Of a stretch of DNA of 64,000 nucleotides, positions 1 to 9,173 are shown piece after piece. The stretch is from NCBI GenBank assembly GCA_963831315.1, contig CAWHQB010000036.1, forward strand, positions 39,639 to 103,638. Direction: 5' to 3'. The stretch is from an uncultured Actinomycetota bacterium. Its GTDB lineage: Bacteria; Actinomycetota; Actinomycetes; Propionibacteriales; Propionibacteriaceae. Below the pieces are notes generated by a model. It saw only the letters and a program-made list of their open reading frames with translations, did not search any database and was not told where the DNA came from. The stretch's first letter is position 1. Each line of letters opens with the position of its first letter. A program made the position numbers and the translations under genes.

Positions 1-856
1 GGCGAGCGCAGAGATGGGCCACGTACCACTCACCAGTTGGCGTGTCGACCAGACATCCATGCCCGGCCTTCTGCAGATCGGCGTGCGGGTTGTACAGCTG
101 CGGGCGCAGATAGTCGCGATCGTTCCGGCCGAAGTGCGGAGCCGGATTGCTCGTCAGGAACGGATTGATCGGAGCAGGCTGGTACGGACCGGCAATTTCG
201 CGGGACCGCGCCAGTGTCACGCCATGGCCGTATCCCGTGCCGCCCTCGGCCGCCATCAGATAGTAGGACCCGTTCCACTTGTAAAGGTGAGGGGCCTCGA
301 GGCATCCCCGGTCGGAACCTCCACGGTAGATGCGGGTGGTTGAGCCGCGCAGTTCCTTGCGTTCGGCGTCGAACTCCTCGAGGACGATGGCGCCTGGGTG
401 CTCGTAACCCTCGCGAGGATCCCACTCCAAGGTGAGGAGCCAATGGCGACCATCATCGTCGTGAAAGAACGAGGGGTCGAACCCGATGCTGTTGAGGTAC
501 GCCGGCCGACTCCAGGGACCACGGACGTCAGGCGCCGTTACAAGGAAGTTGTCCACATCGAAGTAGTCGGCAGTTGTGCTGCGGACGAGGGAATACGTCA
601 GATAGAACAGGCCTTCCGCGCTGCTGAAGGTCAAGCACGGAGCCCATATCCCCTGATGGGAGGCCAAACCGCGAAGGTCGTGCTCTCCCATTTTCAGACC
701 GTGACCGATCAGCGTCCAGCTTGCGAGATCGGTTGAGTGGAACAGGCGGATACCCGGCTGCCACACGAGTGTGGAGGTAGCGAGGAAGTAGTCCTCGCCA
801 ACCCGGGTGATCGACGGGTCAGGATTGAAGCCCCGGAGAACGGGATTGCGGATCAC
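1..856 (-). CDS. glycoside hydrolase family 43 (beta-xylosidase/alpha-L-arabinofuranosidase-like); 3' end runs off the window
   Basis: Absent from the ORF track because it is open to the window edge. Reverse-strand translation from GTG 856-854 reads VIRNPVLRGFNPDPSITRVGEDYFLATSTLVWQPGIRLFHSTDLA..., the canonical GH43 N-terminus. GAAGGG upstream and in-frame TGA TGA just before it fix the start. Confidence 0.8.
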   Translation of the reverse strand, partial: MIRNPVLRGFNPDPSITRVGEDYFLATSTLVWQPGIRLFHSTDLASWTLIGHGLKMGEHDLRGLASHQGIWAPCLTFSSAEGLFYLTYSLVRSTTADYFDVDNFLVTAPDVRGPWSRPAYLNSIGFDPSFFHDDDGRHWLLTLEWDPREGYEHPGAIVLEEFDAERKELRGSTTRIYRGGSDRGCLEAPHLYKWNGSYYLMAAEGGTGYGHGVTLARSREIAGPYQPAPINPFLTSNPAPHFGRNDRDYLRPQLYNPHADLQKAGHGCLVDTPTGEWYVAHLCAR

Positions 857-949
857 GGCGCACCCTTCTCATCATGCCGTGGAGCTAGCGGCGCGCAGCA
901 CCGCCGGGACGCCAGCGGACTGGACACGGCGGGCTGCTCGCCTCAGTGG

Positions 950-2257
950 CTACCCTCGCGTCAATGCCGTGGCTCCGGACCGCCGGCGTGACAGCGCATC
1001 AACTGTGGCGGCAAGGGCCAGAACCGCACCAGTAATCGCCAAGGTGATGCCTGCGGAGAGGCCGAGAAGCCCGAGCCCGTTCGTGATCATCGAGATGAGC
1101 AACGCCCCGACCGCCGCTTGAGCCAGGCGGCCCCGACCGCCAAAGAGGCTGACGCCGCCGACGACTGCGGCGGCAACACCGGACAGCACGATGTCCCGAC
1201 CGGCAGAGGACTCGACGGTCCCTACCTGGCTGGCCGTGAAGAGACCCGAGATCACAGCGAGGCTGGAACAGAGGATGAATGCTGCAATCCGCAGCCGAGC
1301 GACATTGATGCCAGCCCGCCTGGCCGCCTCGGGATTGCCGCCAACCGCATACAGGTGCAGGCCGAACCGGGTGCGGTCGAGCACCATCGTCCCGACCCAG
1401 AGGATCGCCAGCGCAATGGGCACGACGATCGGCACGCCGCGGATGGGGATCACACTTGTCGACCGGTTCAGGCTCAGCATAAGGACGACGAATCCGCCGC
1501 CGACTGCCCAGGCTGCGACGCGTGCCCACAGCAGGCTCATCGGACGAACCGGCATGCCGGACGCGACCCGTCGGCTGCGGTCGTAGAGCCCGGTGAGCAG
1601 CGAGATGGCGACGATGACTGCGAGCATCACCCACCCGGCCCAGACCGGCATGGACTTGTTCATGATCGCCAATACGGCCGGAGCCTCGATGCGGTAGGCG
1701 CCGGCGTTGCCGAGCAGAACGAGAATCACACCCTGCAAGCCCAGGAATAGGGCCAGGGTGATGACGAACGAGGGAACTCCGATTCTGGCGACCATGAAGC
1801 CGATGAACGTGCCGATCGAGGCGCCGACGACCAACGCGACGAGCAGCGCCGCGATCCAGTTCCACGCAGCGACGTTGGTGAGCAGGATGAAAATCGCCAT
1901 GCCCAGGCCACCCGTGACGCCGGCCGACAGGTCGATTTCGGCAAGGATGATCACGAACGTCAGCGCCACCGCCAGCATCATCAGTGCCGCGGTCTGAGTC
2001 ATCAGGTTGGCGATATTGGTCTTCGTAAAAAAGAAAGGTGTCAGGATCCAGAACACGAGGCCGATGATGATCAGCCCGCCGAGGGCCGGCAGCATGCCCA
2101 TCTCGCCGCCGCGGACACGCAGCACGTAACTGTCGATCTGGTCGCGGACAGTGCCCTCATGCCCCGTCGCGATGTGATGGGGGGCGGGGGCGCCTCCAAC
2201 CGTTTGGGCCGCCGCGTTCGTTGACGGATTCGTCGACTTTTCGACCGGCGTGGTCAC
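950..2257 (-). CDS. monosaccharide (xylose-type) ABC transporter permease, XylH-like
   Basis: 435-aa polytopic membrane ORF. GTGA start/stop overlap with the upstream ATPase. Sits with a sugar-binding lipoprotein, GH43 and xylA. Confidence 0.8.
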   Translation of the reverse strand: MTTPVEKSTNPSTNAAAQTVGGAPAPHHIATGHEGTVRDQIDSYVLRVRGGEMGMLPALGGLIIIGLVFWILTPFFFTKTNIANLMTQTAALMMLAVALTFVIILAEIDLSAGVTGGLGMAIFILLTNVAAWNWIAALLVALVVGASIGTFIGFMVARIGVPSFVITLALFLGLQGVILVLLGNAGAYRIEAPAVLAIMNKSMPVWAGWVMLAVIVAISLLTGLYDRSRRVASGMPVRPMSLLWARVAAWAVGGGFVVLMLSLNRSTSVIPIRGVPIVVPIALAILWVGTMVLDRTRFGLHLYAVGGNPEAARRAGINVARLRIAAFILCSSLAVISGLFTASQVGTVESSAGRDIVLSGVAAAVVGGVSLFGGRGRLAQAAVGALLISMITNGLGLLGLSAGITLAITGAVLALAATVDALSRRRSGATALTRG

Positions 2258-3039
2258 GAGACCACCTCCTCCTCATCTTCGTCTACCTCTTCAGCAGCCG
2301 CGGTGTCGCCCTTGATGCCTGTTATGTACGCGACAACGTCGTTGTAGTTCGTCTCCTTCGCCTTCAACTGGGCCACCATGGCGCCGAGGTAGAGCACGTT
2401 GATATAGTCCGACACCTCGAACACGTCCGCGAGATTGTGGCTGATGATGATGACGCCGACACCGGCGTCGGCGAGGCGACGGACGAGCGCCAGCACCTGT
2501 TCGGTTTGCGCCACACCGAGCGCCGCCGTCGGCTCGTCAAGGATGACCAACTTCGCCTGCTGGAGCACGGCGCGAGCGATCGCCACAGTTTGGCGCTGAC
2601 CGCCGGACAGCGAGGAGACCTTCTGGCGTACGGACTTCATGGTCCGGACGGACAACCCCTGCAGCGTCGCCCGGGCATGCTTCTCCATCTCCGCCTGGTT
2701 GAGCATGCGCTGGTGAACCTCTTCCCGCCCCAGGAACATGTTCTGGACGATGTCGAGGTTCTCGCACAACGACAGATCCTGGTAGACGACCTCGATGCCG
2801 TGTCCCGACGCGTCCTTCGGCGAGTTGAGGGTGATCGGCGCCCCTTCGAAGGAGACTTCTCCGGAATCGTACGGCTGCGCCCCCGACAGGCCCTTGATCA
2901 AGGTCGATTTCCCCGCGCCGTTGTCGCCAACGAGCGCGGTGACTTTGCCGGCGTACACCTGCATGTTGACGCCCTTGAGGACCTCGACGGGGCCGAAGCT
3001 CTTGCGGATGTCCTGCAGTTCGATGATCGGGGTTTCCAC
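2254..3039 (-). CDS. sugar ABC transporter ATP-binding protein (single NBD)
   Basis: Walker A GDNGAGKST, signature LSGGQRQ, Walker B LVILDEPTAAL. The track ORF starts at 3090, but AAGGAGG lies 5 nt upstream of GTG 3039 (VETPIIELQDIRKSF), so the shorter start is preferred. Confidence 0.85.
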   Translation of the reverse strand: METPIIELQDIRKSFGPVEVLKGVNMQVYAGKVTALVGDNGAGKSTLIKGLSGAQPYDSGEVSFEGAPITLNSPKDASGHGIEVVYQDLSLCENLDIVQNMFLGREEVHQRMLNQAEMEKHARATLQGLSVRTMKSVRQKVSSLSGGQRQTVAIARAVLQQAKLVILDEPTAALGVAQTEQVLALVRRLADAGVGVIIISHNLADVFEVSDYINVLYLGAMVAQLKAKETNYNDVVAYITGIKGDTAAAEEVDEDEEEVVS

Positions 3040-3143
3040 GTCTACCTCCTTACATACTGCCCTTAGAGCGAGGTTAGTGGCCATGCGCACCGGCTGGTGC
3101 GCATGGCCGTCGCGACCGACTCAATTGCGGTGCATGTCTAGGC

Positions 3144-4226
3144 CTACTGCAGGCCGGCCTTCTGGCATGCCTCCGCGACCGCTTTGGTGCAAACGTCGGA
3201 GACCTTGGCGTTTCCGTCGTCGAACACAATCTTCATGTTCTTCGCGTCGACCACGACAGGGGTCTGTGGGATGAATGGCGTGCCGTCCGGTGCCGTAGTC
3301 GGGGCGGGCGGCTTCTCGCCGTTGAGGAGTTTCATAGACAAATCCACGGCCGCCTGCGCCTCCAGTTGGAACGGCTTATAGACCGTTGCGACCTGCTTGC
3401 CGAGAAGAATGTTCTGCAGACCAGGCGGGCTGGCATCCTGACCGCTGACCGGAACCGTCTTGCCGTTCTTGTCCAGCACCGAGATCACACTGGCCGCGCT
3501 GAAGTCGTTCGCGACCCAAACGGCGTCGATGTCGCCCTTCATCGCGGTGTAGGCCTGCTCGAAGTAGGTCTGAACCTTCTTCACGTCCCAAGTGCCCGGT
3601 GTCTCGAAGGCCGGTTTGATGCCTGCCTCGGACATGACCTTGTCGGCGCCGTCGTGGAACTGCTTCGCGTTGCCGTCTGTTGGATCGCCGCCGACGTAGA
3701 CGACCTTGGCTGTCGCCGCATCCTTGCCCTCAGCCTTCAGGCCATCGACGACCATCTGACCCTCGAGCTCACCGACATGGAAGTTGTCGAACGAAATGTA
3801 GTAATCGGCACCCTCAATCGGCCGGTCGTAGGCGATCACCGGGACACCCTGCGCTTTGGCTTTCTGCGCCACTTGGACGCCCGCCTCGTTCAGGTCGACG
3901 AGCAGCATGACCGCGCAGCCCTTGGTGAGCTGCTGCTGGGCAATCGTTGCGTACTTGCTGGTGTCATTCTGCGCGTTCTGAATGTCGGTCTCCACGCCCT
4001 GCTCTTTGAAGGCCTTCTCCAGCTGGGGACGGTCGCCGTTCTCCCAACGGCTCGAAGACGCTGCGTCAGGCAGGATGATGCAGGCACGTTTGCCCGCTGC
4101 GCCCCCAGTTGCCCCGGTTGCCTCCCCGGCCGGCGCGGCGGTCTCACGGTTACATCCGGCGAACGATGCCACGGCAAGACACGTCATGACCGCGGCAACA
4201 GCCGCCCTTTTCGTCTGAAGTTTCAT
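3144..4226 (-). CDS. sugar ABC transporter substrate-binding lipoprotein (xylose/ribose-binding type, XylF-like)
   Basis: Lipoprotein signal MKLQTKRAAVAAVMTCLAVASFAGC. Type I periplasmic binding fold features. First gene of the importer operon. Confidence 0.85.
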   Translation of the reverse strand: MKLQTKRAAVAAVMTCLAVASFAGCNRETAAPAGEATGATGGAAGKRACIILPDAASSSRWENGDRPQLEKAFKEQGVETDIQNAQNDTSKYATIAQQQLTKGCAVMLLVDLNEAGVQVAQKAKAQGVPVIAYDRPIEGADYYISFDNFHVGELEGQMVVDGLKAEGKDAATAKVVYVGGDPTDGNAKQFHDGADKVMSEAGIKPAFETPGTWDVKKVQTYFEQAYTAMKGDIDAVWVANDFSAASVISVLDKNGKTVPVSGQDASPPGLQNILLGKQVATVYKPFQLEAQAAVDLSMKLLNGEKPPAPTTAPDGTPFIPQTPVVVDAKNMKIVFDDGNAKVSDVCTKAVAEACQKAGLQ

Positions 4227-4269
4227 GTCCTCTTCCCTGAGTAGACGTTGAACGGCCCTTCCGGTCTCA

Positions 4270-4296
4270 TTCGAAACGCTTTCGAAAGGCTTTCGG
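4270..4296. promoter_or_regulatory. candidate operator upstream of the ABC importer operon
   Basis: TTCGAAA-CGC-TTTCGAA inverted repeat (4270-4286) containing the perfect 10-bp palindrome CTTTCGAAAG (4279-4288), followed by a further CTTTCGG unit. It lies 44-70 nt upstream of the start codon at 4226. Confidence 0.3.
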
Positions 4297-4408
4297 CTCG
4301 GCCGCAGTCTGGCACTTGGGGCACCGTGATGTCAAGGACTAACTCAGCGGAGAGTTCGGGCCGATACGTGATCGTTAGGAGGTCACTGTTCACAGGGACT
4401 GCCTGGCC

Positions 4409-4690
4409 TTAATGGCTGCTGCGTCGGCGGAACCATGACCGCCAGGTGCCCGGTCTGTGGACGCCTGGCCAGCGCGGCCAGCCGCCAAACTCCAGGATCT
4501 CGACCCTGCGCTGGTTCGCCTGGCTCGACAAGTCGCCCTCGGCCGCAAGTATCAAGGCGAGGGCCTCGTCCTCGCAGTCATTCGCCAGGTCGCGTACCAG
4601 ATCCATCCGGCCGGCGGCGACGGCCGCGTTGATCTGGCTGGTGTAGTGCGCGTGGAGTAGCCGCAGCCGTTCGTTGATCGGTATCGGCAT
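4409..4690 (-). CDS. small hypothetical protein
   Basis: ORF with GGGAGGG 5 nt upstream of the internal ATG at 4690 (MPIPINERLRLLHAHYTSQINAAVAAGRMDLVRDL...). No family recognised. Confidence 0.45.
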   Translation of the reverse strand: MPIPINERLRLLHAHYTSQINAAVAAGRMDLVRDLANDCEDEALALILAAEGDLSSQANQRRVEILEFGGWPRWPGVHRPGTWRSWFRRRSSH

Positions 4691-4861
4691 GAGCGCCCTC
4701 CCACTGCGGCACAACGTCGCGTTTTCATTCTAAGTCGACAACAATCCAAAGGCTCATGCTGGCTGGGCTTAACCGTGCGACCGCGCCACGGCCGTCCGCG
4801 CGGGCGGAGGGCCAGTGTGGAGGGGCGATCTACAGCTGGCCTCCTCACTGTGTGACGATCA

Positions 4862-4872
4862 GTTTCGCAAAC
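4862..4872. promoter_or_regulatory. candidate operator just upstream of xylA
   Basis: GTTTCGCAAAC lies 20 nt before the xylA ATG, immediately 5' of the GGAGGA RBS. It shares a TTTCG(N)AAA core with the site at 4279-4288. Confidence 0.25.
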
Positions 4873-4891
4873 ATCGATCAGGAGGAATCTC

Positions 4892-6080
4892 ATGGCACCG
4901 CAGCCCACTAAAGAGGACAAATTCAGCTTTGGTTTGTGGACGGTCGGTTGGCAGGCGCGGGACCTGTTCGGGGAAGCAACTCGCCCAGTCCTTACCGGCG
5001 TCGAAGCGGTCCACAAGCTCGCCGAGCTGGGTGCGTACGGGATCACTTTTCACGACGACGACCTGATCCCGCCCGGCACCAGCTCCACGGAGCGGCAGCG
5101 GATTATCGACGAGTTCACCGCGGCACTCGAGGAGACTGGAATCGTGGTGCCGATGGTCACCACCAACCTGTTCTACGATCCGGTGTTCAAGGACGGCGGC
5201 TTCACCAGCAACGACCGGAACAGTTCGGCGGTACGCGATCCGCAAGGTGATGCGCAACATGGATCTCGCTGCCGAACTGGGCGCGCAGATCTATGTCTTC
5301 TGGGGCGGCCGAGAAGGCTCAGAGGTCGACTTCGCCAAGGACGTCCGGGCCGCGCTCGACCGGTACCGCGAGGCGATGGACACGCTGGCCCAATACTCGA
5401 TCGATCGCGGCTACGGGCTGCGGTTCGCGATCGAGCCCAAGCCGAACGAGCCGCGCGGCGACATCCTGTTGCCCTCCATCGGCCATGCGTTGGCGTTCAT
5501 CAACGAGCTCGAGCACTCCGACATGGTGGGCATCAACCCCGAGGTGGGGCATGAGCAGATGGCCAGCCTCAACTACACCCACGGCATTGCGCAGGCGCTG
5601 TGGGCCGGGAAGCTGTTCCACATAGACCTCAATGGGCAGAAGGGCCCTCGCTTTGACCAGGATCTGGTCTTCGGCAATGGCGACCTGCTGCAAGCGTTCT
5701 CCACGGTCGACCTGCTGGAGAACGGTGCGCCCGGCGGTGGCCCCACCTACGACGGGGATCGGCACTTCGACTACAAGCCGGTGCGCACCGAGAATATGGA
5801 CGGGGTATGGGAATCGGCGAGGGCCAACATGGAGCTGTACCTAATGCTGCGAGATCGGGCGCGCGCGTTCCGGGCCGATCCCGAGGTGCAGGAGGCACTG
5901 GCGGCTGCGCGCGTCGATGAGTTGAGCAGCCCTACTCTCGCCGACGGCGAGACGTACGAGCAGCTGCTCGCCGACCGCACTGCGTTCGAGGACTACAACC
6001 TGGACACCCCGCGCACCCAGGGCTATGGATTCGCCCGGGTTCAGCGGCTTGCCGTGCAACATCTCCTCGGCGCCCGCTGA
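4892..6080 (+). pseudogene. xylA: xylose isomerase (class I, actinobacterial type) interrupted by a +1 frameshift at about 5222
   Basis: Two overlapping track ORFs (4892-5554, 5247-6080) together give full-length XylA: [18 protein letters not shown], then [55 protein letters not shown]. The frame breaks in AAC GAC CGG AAC A GTT CGG CGG TAC; removing one base restores NDRNVRRYA. Confidence 0.9.
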
Positions 6081-6093
6081 GGACGGGCTTGAG

Positions 6094-6154
6094 TTCATGA
6101 TCAGTGCGCACTAACCGCCCACCGGATCGCCGGCGGATGGGCAGTTACTGCGCA
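6094..6154. repeat. extragenic palindrome, family P3, copy 1
   Basis: TTCATGATCA then arm TGCGCACTAACCGCCCAC (6105-6122) pairing 15/18 with GATGGGCAGTTACTGCGCA (6136-6154). Starts 14 nt after the xylA stop. The arm recurs as a reverse complement at 14517-14533. Confidence 0.7.
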
Positions 6155-6199
6155 TTCGATTTCTGGCGGCAGTCATTCTTCAAATGGCAGTCAACACGA

Positions 6200-6880
6200 T
6201 CAGAACTTGATCGGATACGTGGCCAGGATCGCTATGGCCGTGACGAGAAACGTGATCGCTGCTCCGAGCAAGATCCATTGAGCGCGCGGGCGGCCCAACC
6301 GAGTCGAGGCAGCGGCGAAGAACAAGACCAAGGCGAACAGCACAGTCAGGATGGTGTAGTTGTCCGCGCGCTGGTTGTTCCTGAGCGCATCAGCGAAGCG
6401 ACTGTCGGCGCGCTGGTCCGCAGCCGCGGCTTCGGTCGTTCCAGGTGGGACGTACTCCTTCATCCTGAACGGACCTGCCGCGGGCTCCCTCTGAGCAATC
6501 CAGGCTCGGTAAGCCACCTGGAAGTGAGGTGTGAAGCGCCTCTCCACATAGGTAGCGAGGGCCGAGTCGCCCTGAGCGCGCGCTTGTACGTACACGCCCC
6601 AAATGCTCAGGTCTGCCTGCCGGGCGGCATTGGCGATACCTTCCTGCCTCGCGGCCTCGATCCGGGCGCTGGAGGCCTGACTGAAGGCGATGGACATCTC
6701 CCCGCTCCACTTCGAGGACTCGAAGCCACACCACGCCGTCAACACCGCCGTCACCGAAAGCACGACGATCACAACGGTCTCCCGGACATGACCGGGCGGT
6801 CGCTTCTCCGGCGCCTCGGCTGCGCTGCGCTCCGGTGCTTCGGCCGTGTTGATCTTGTCTTCTTCGGCGGGAGGTGGCAT
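6200..6880 (-). CDS. hypothetical membrane protein (N- and C-terminal TM helices around a helical soluble region)
   Basis: ORF with two hydrophobic segments (VVIVVLSVTAVLTAW; ILTVLFALVLFFAAA...ILLGAAITFLVTAIAIL). Internal ATG at 6880 (MPPPAEEDK) has a GAGAGGA-type RBS. Confidence 0.55.
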   Translation of the reverse strand: MPPPAEEDKINTAEAPERSAAEAPEKRPPGHVRETVVIVVLSVTAVLTAWCGFESSKWSGEMSIAFSQASSARIEAARQEGIANAARQADLSIWGVYVQARAQGDSALATYVERRFTPHFQVAYRAWIAQREPAAGPFRMKEYVPPGTTEAAAADQRADSRFADALRNNQRADNYTILTVLFALVLFFAAASTRLGRPRAQWILLGAAITFLVTAIAILATYPIKF

Positions 6881-7026
6881 AGAGGTTCCTCTCGATCTTG
6901 GATGCCTCGTGGTACGCGATTGCACATGCATCGTGGCATGTGATCATCGCCAGCCGGTTTACGGCCGGGCTGGAGTCGCCGCGGCGCGGTTGCTCGCTGG
7001 GAACTGGACCAGCCCGTCAAGACTGA

Positions 7027-7062
7027 CTTGACAACAAGCCACCTGTCAAGGAATTCTTGACA
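7027..7062. promoter_or_regulatory. CTTGACA / TGTCAAG repeat cluster upstream of the C45 peptidase gene
   Basis: CTTGACA (7027-7033), N10, TGTCAAG (7044-7050), then a third CTTGACA (7056-7062) ending 2 nt before ATG 7065. No Shine-Dalgarno is visible. Confidence 0.3.
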
Positions 7063-7064
7063 GA

Positions 7065-8141
7065 ATGAACCCAGAACTAGACACGTCCGATAAGTCCCCG
7101 ACGCAAGCTGCGGCGCCCAACGCTGTAGCTCCCGGCCGTCCGCTACACAGCATGACGCTCTACGGCATACGGGAGGAGCAGCCGGGCCCGCGATGGCAGG
7201 CCTTGCACGATGTCACTCGCGACGCCTACCACCGCTGGTATCTCAGCGAGGGTGCGGCGGCACGACCCGACCTCCGCACCTGTCATCGGATGCTGGTGAA
7301 CCACATGCCTGAGCTCGTTCCTGTGTGGGAGCGCCTCGTGGAGCTCGCTGGTGGTGACGAGGTCACCGCAAGGCTGCTGACGCTGTGGGACCCGCCGCGC
7401 TTCCTGCCCGGCTGTTCACAGGCCACGCTCGGTGCCGCCATCGCGGCCAACGGCGTCAGCAGCGCTCCGCTGCTCATCCGCAACTACGACTACGGCCTGG
7501 ACTTGTTCGAGCGAGTGGTCTACTCGAGCGCCTTCACCGGCAGAAGGGTCCTGGGCACGGGAGATTGCCTGTGGGGTCTTCTCGACGGCATGAACGACGC
7601 GGGCCTTGCGGTCTCCCTGGCTTTTGGCGGCAGACCAGGTTCCAGTGCGGGCTTCGGCATTCCCCTCGTCGTCCGCTACCTCTTGGAGGTGGCCGCTTCC
7701 ACTGCCGACGTACGTTCGGTGCTGAGCCGCGTACCGGTCAATATGAGCTACAACCTCACCTTTGTGGACGGCTCGGGTGAGAGCCTGACTGCGTTCGTCG
7801 CACCGGACTCCGCACCCGAGTTCACCTCGGCCCGAGTGGCCACCAACCATCGCGGCACCGTTCCTGAGTATGCCGAGCGGGCCCAATCGTTGCGTAGCGT
7901 CGAACGCCAACGGCTGCTGTTGTCTTTGCTGGACTCCGATCCCGACGCGGCGGGGTTGGCCTCGGCCTTCCTGCGTCCACCGCTTCGCAGCATTGAATAC
8001 GGAAGGGCGTTCGGCACCTTGTACACCGCGGTTTATCGTCCGAGTGACGGCGTAGTCGACTACCTTTGGCCGCACGATTCGTGGCGACGTAGGTTTGACT
8101 CAGTCGATGCGACGAAGACAGTGATCCTGAGGGAATCATGA
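7065..8141 (+). CDS. C45-family peptidase / acyl-CoA:6-APA acyltransferase-like Ntn hydrolase
   Basis: PGCSQATLG putative nucleophile Cys. IRNYDYGLDLFERVVY, GLLDGMNDAGLAVSLAFGG and YNLTFVDGSGES are typical of C45/choloylglycine-hydrolase-like proteins. Confidence 0.7.
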   Translation: MNPELDTSDKSPTQAAAPNAVAPGRPLHSMTLYGIREEQPGPRWQALHDVTRDAYHRWYLSEGAAARPDLRTCHRMLVNHMPELVPVWERLVELAGGDEVTARLLTLWDPPRFLPGCSQATLGAAIAANGVSSAPLLIRNYDYGLDLFERVVYSSAFTGRRVLGTGDCLWGLLDGMNDAGLAVSLAFGGRPGSSAGFGIPLVVRYLLEVAASTADVRSVLSRVPVNMSYNLTFVDGSGESLTAFVAPDSAPEFTSARVATNHRGTVPEYAERAQSLRSVERQRLLLSLLDSDPDAAGLASAFLRPPLRSIEYGRAFGTLYTAVYRPSDGVVDYLWPHDSWRRRFDSVDATKTVILRES

Positions 8142-8395
8142 CCACCTCTGAACCTGAACCGGAACCGACGACTGAGGCCCTGGCCCAACAAGCACGACAG
8201 GCGGTGGAGGCTCTGGCGCGCCTGTCTGATCCGGCAGCCTTCTCCGAACTGCTGCGCTTGAGTGCATTGGTCGGGGAATCCCTCGGTGTCTCCGCGCGGT
8301 CATTGGCGGACGGAGGATCCTGGGCGAACGTGGCCGAAGTCGCCGGTGTCACCCGGCAGGCCGCGTGGTCGCGATGGCGATCCGAAGCCCCGTAG
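8138..8395 (+). CDS. small HTH-like protein
   Basis: ATGA-coupled to the upstream gene. C-terminal SWANVAEVAGVTRQAAWSRWR resembles a helix-turn-helix. Confidence 0.5.
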   Translation: MTTSEPEPEPTTEALAQQARQAVEALARLSDPAAFSELLRLSALVGESLGVSARSLADGGSWANVAEVAGVTRQAAWSRWRSEAP

Positions 8396-8440
8396 CACGA
8401 GCATCGGCAATCTGTACGCCGAAACTAGAGGAGTGGACGC

Positions 8441-8884
8441 ATGGGTGACCTGAACGAGTCCGTCCGGCACCATCTCGACCGAGTCACTCCAGAGAAGCGG
8501 CGCAGAGATGCCGAGACGTTGCTCGAGCTGATGACCCGCATCACCGAAGAGTCGCCGCGATTGTGGGGGAGCATCGTCGGCTTCGGCCAATACCACTACA
8601 AGTACAAGAGCGGGCGCGAGGGCGATGCTCCCGCGGCCAGCTTCGCACCGCGTACGGCCGCCACGACGATCTATCTCCCCGACGGCATTGGACGATACGA
8701 GCAGCAGCTCAAGCACTTGGGACCGCATACCACCGGCGTCGGCTGCCTCTACATCAATGATCTCGACACAATCGATCTCTCGGTGCTCACGGCCATCGTT
8801 GCCGAGTCGTACCGCGCTTTGACCAGAGATACCTACCTGTTCCGGGCCCGCGAAGGAGCCCATTCGCAGCGTGGCCCCCGTTAA
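8441..8884 (+). CDS. DUF1801 (YdhG-like) domain protein
   Basis: RRRDAETLLELMTRITEESPRLWGSIVGFGQYHYKYKSGREGDAP matches the DUF1801 pattern as I remember it. Confidence 0.65.
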   Translation: MGDLNESVRHHLDRVTPEKRRRDAETLLELMTRITEESPRLWGSIVGFGQYHYKYKSGREGDAPAASFAPRTAATTIYLPDGIGRYEQQLKHLGPHTTGVGCLYINDLDTIDLSVLTAIVAESYRALTRDTYLFRAREGAHSQRGPR

Positions 8885-9173
8885 TGATCTTGGGGTTGAG
8901 CCGTCAGTCGATCTGCGCGGGCTCACCCGTACGTCCGGGCGGGCGGTTAGCGCCTCCGGGCGCCGGTCGATACCTCCAACTTGACGTCGTTGCCGATGGA
9001 GAGGCGCTGCTCCTCCCGCCATCACGAAGATGGGACTCTTCTAGCGGGCCGCCGACAGTGCGCGGGAGCATGGGGTCATAAGCGACATTCCCGCTGACGG
9101 GCGCACATTCGAGTTCCAGCCGACGGCTCGCCGGGCTTGACCGCGGGCAAGCCGACTTCCGAGCGACCAACCG

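Noticed and set aside
7027-7066. The CTTGACAGAAT sequence upstream of the C45 peptidase gene as a fourth member of palindrome family P1 (TTGTCAGAAT).
   Set aside because: It matches only about 9 of 10 nt of one arm and has no long complementary partner arm. It is better treated as a local CTTGACA/TGTCAAG operator- or promoter-like cluster.
8885-9173. A 289-nt gene-free gap that might hold a decayed gene or an ncRNA. Reverse-strand frames show fragments such as IFVMAGGAAPL and EEQRLSIGNDVKLEV.
   Set aside because: The fragments are short, lie in different frames, and match no family I can name with confidence. No convincing conserved RNA structure was seen beyond a possible degenerate P3 repeat.
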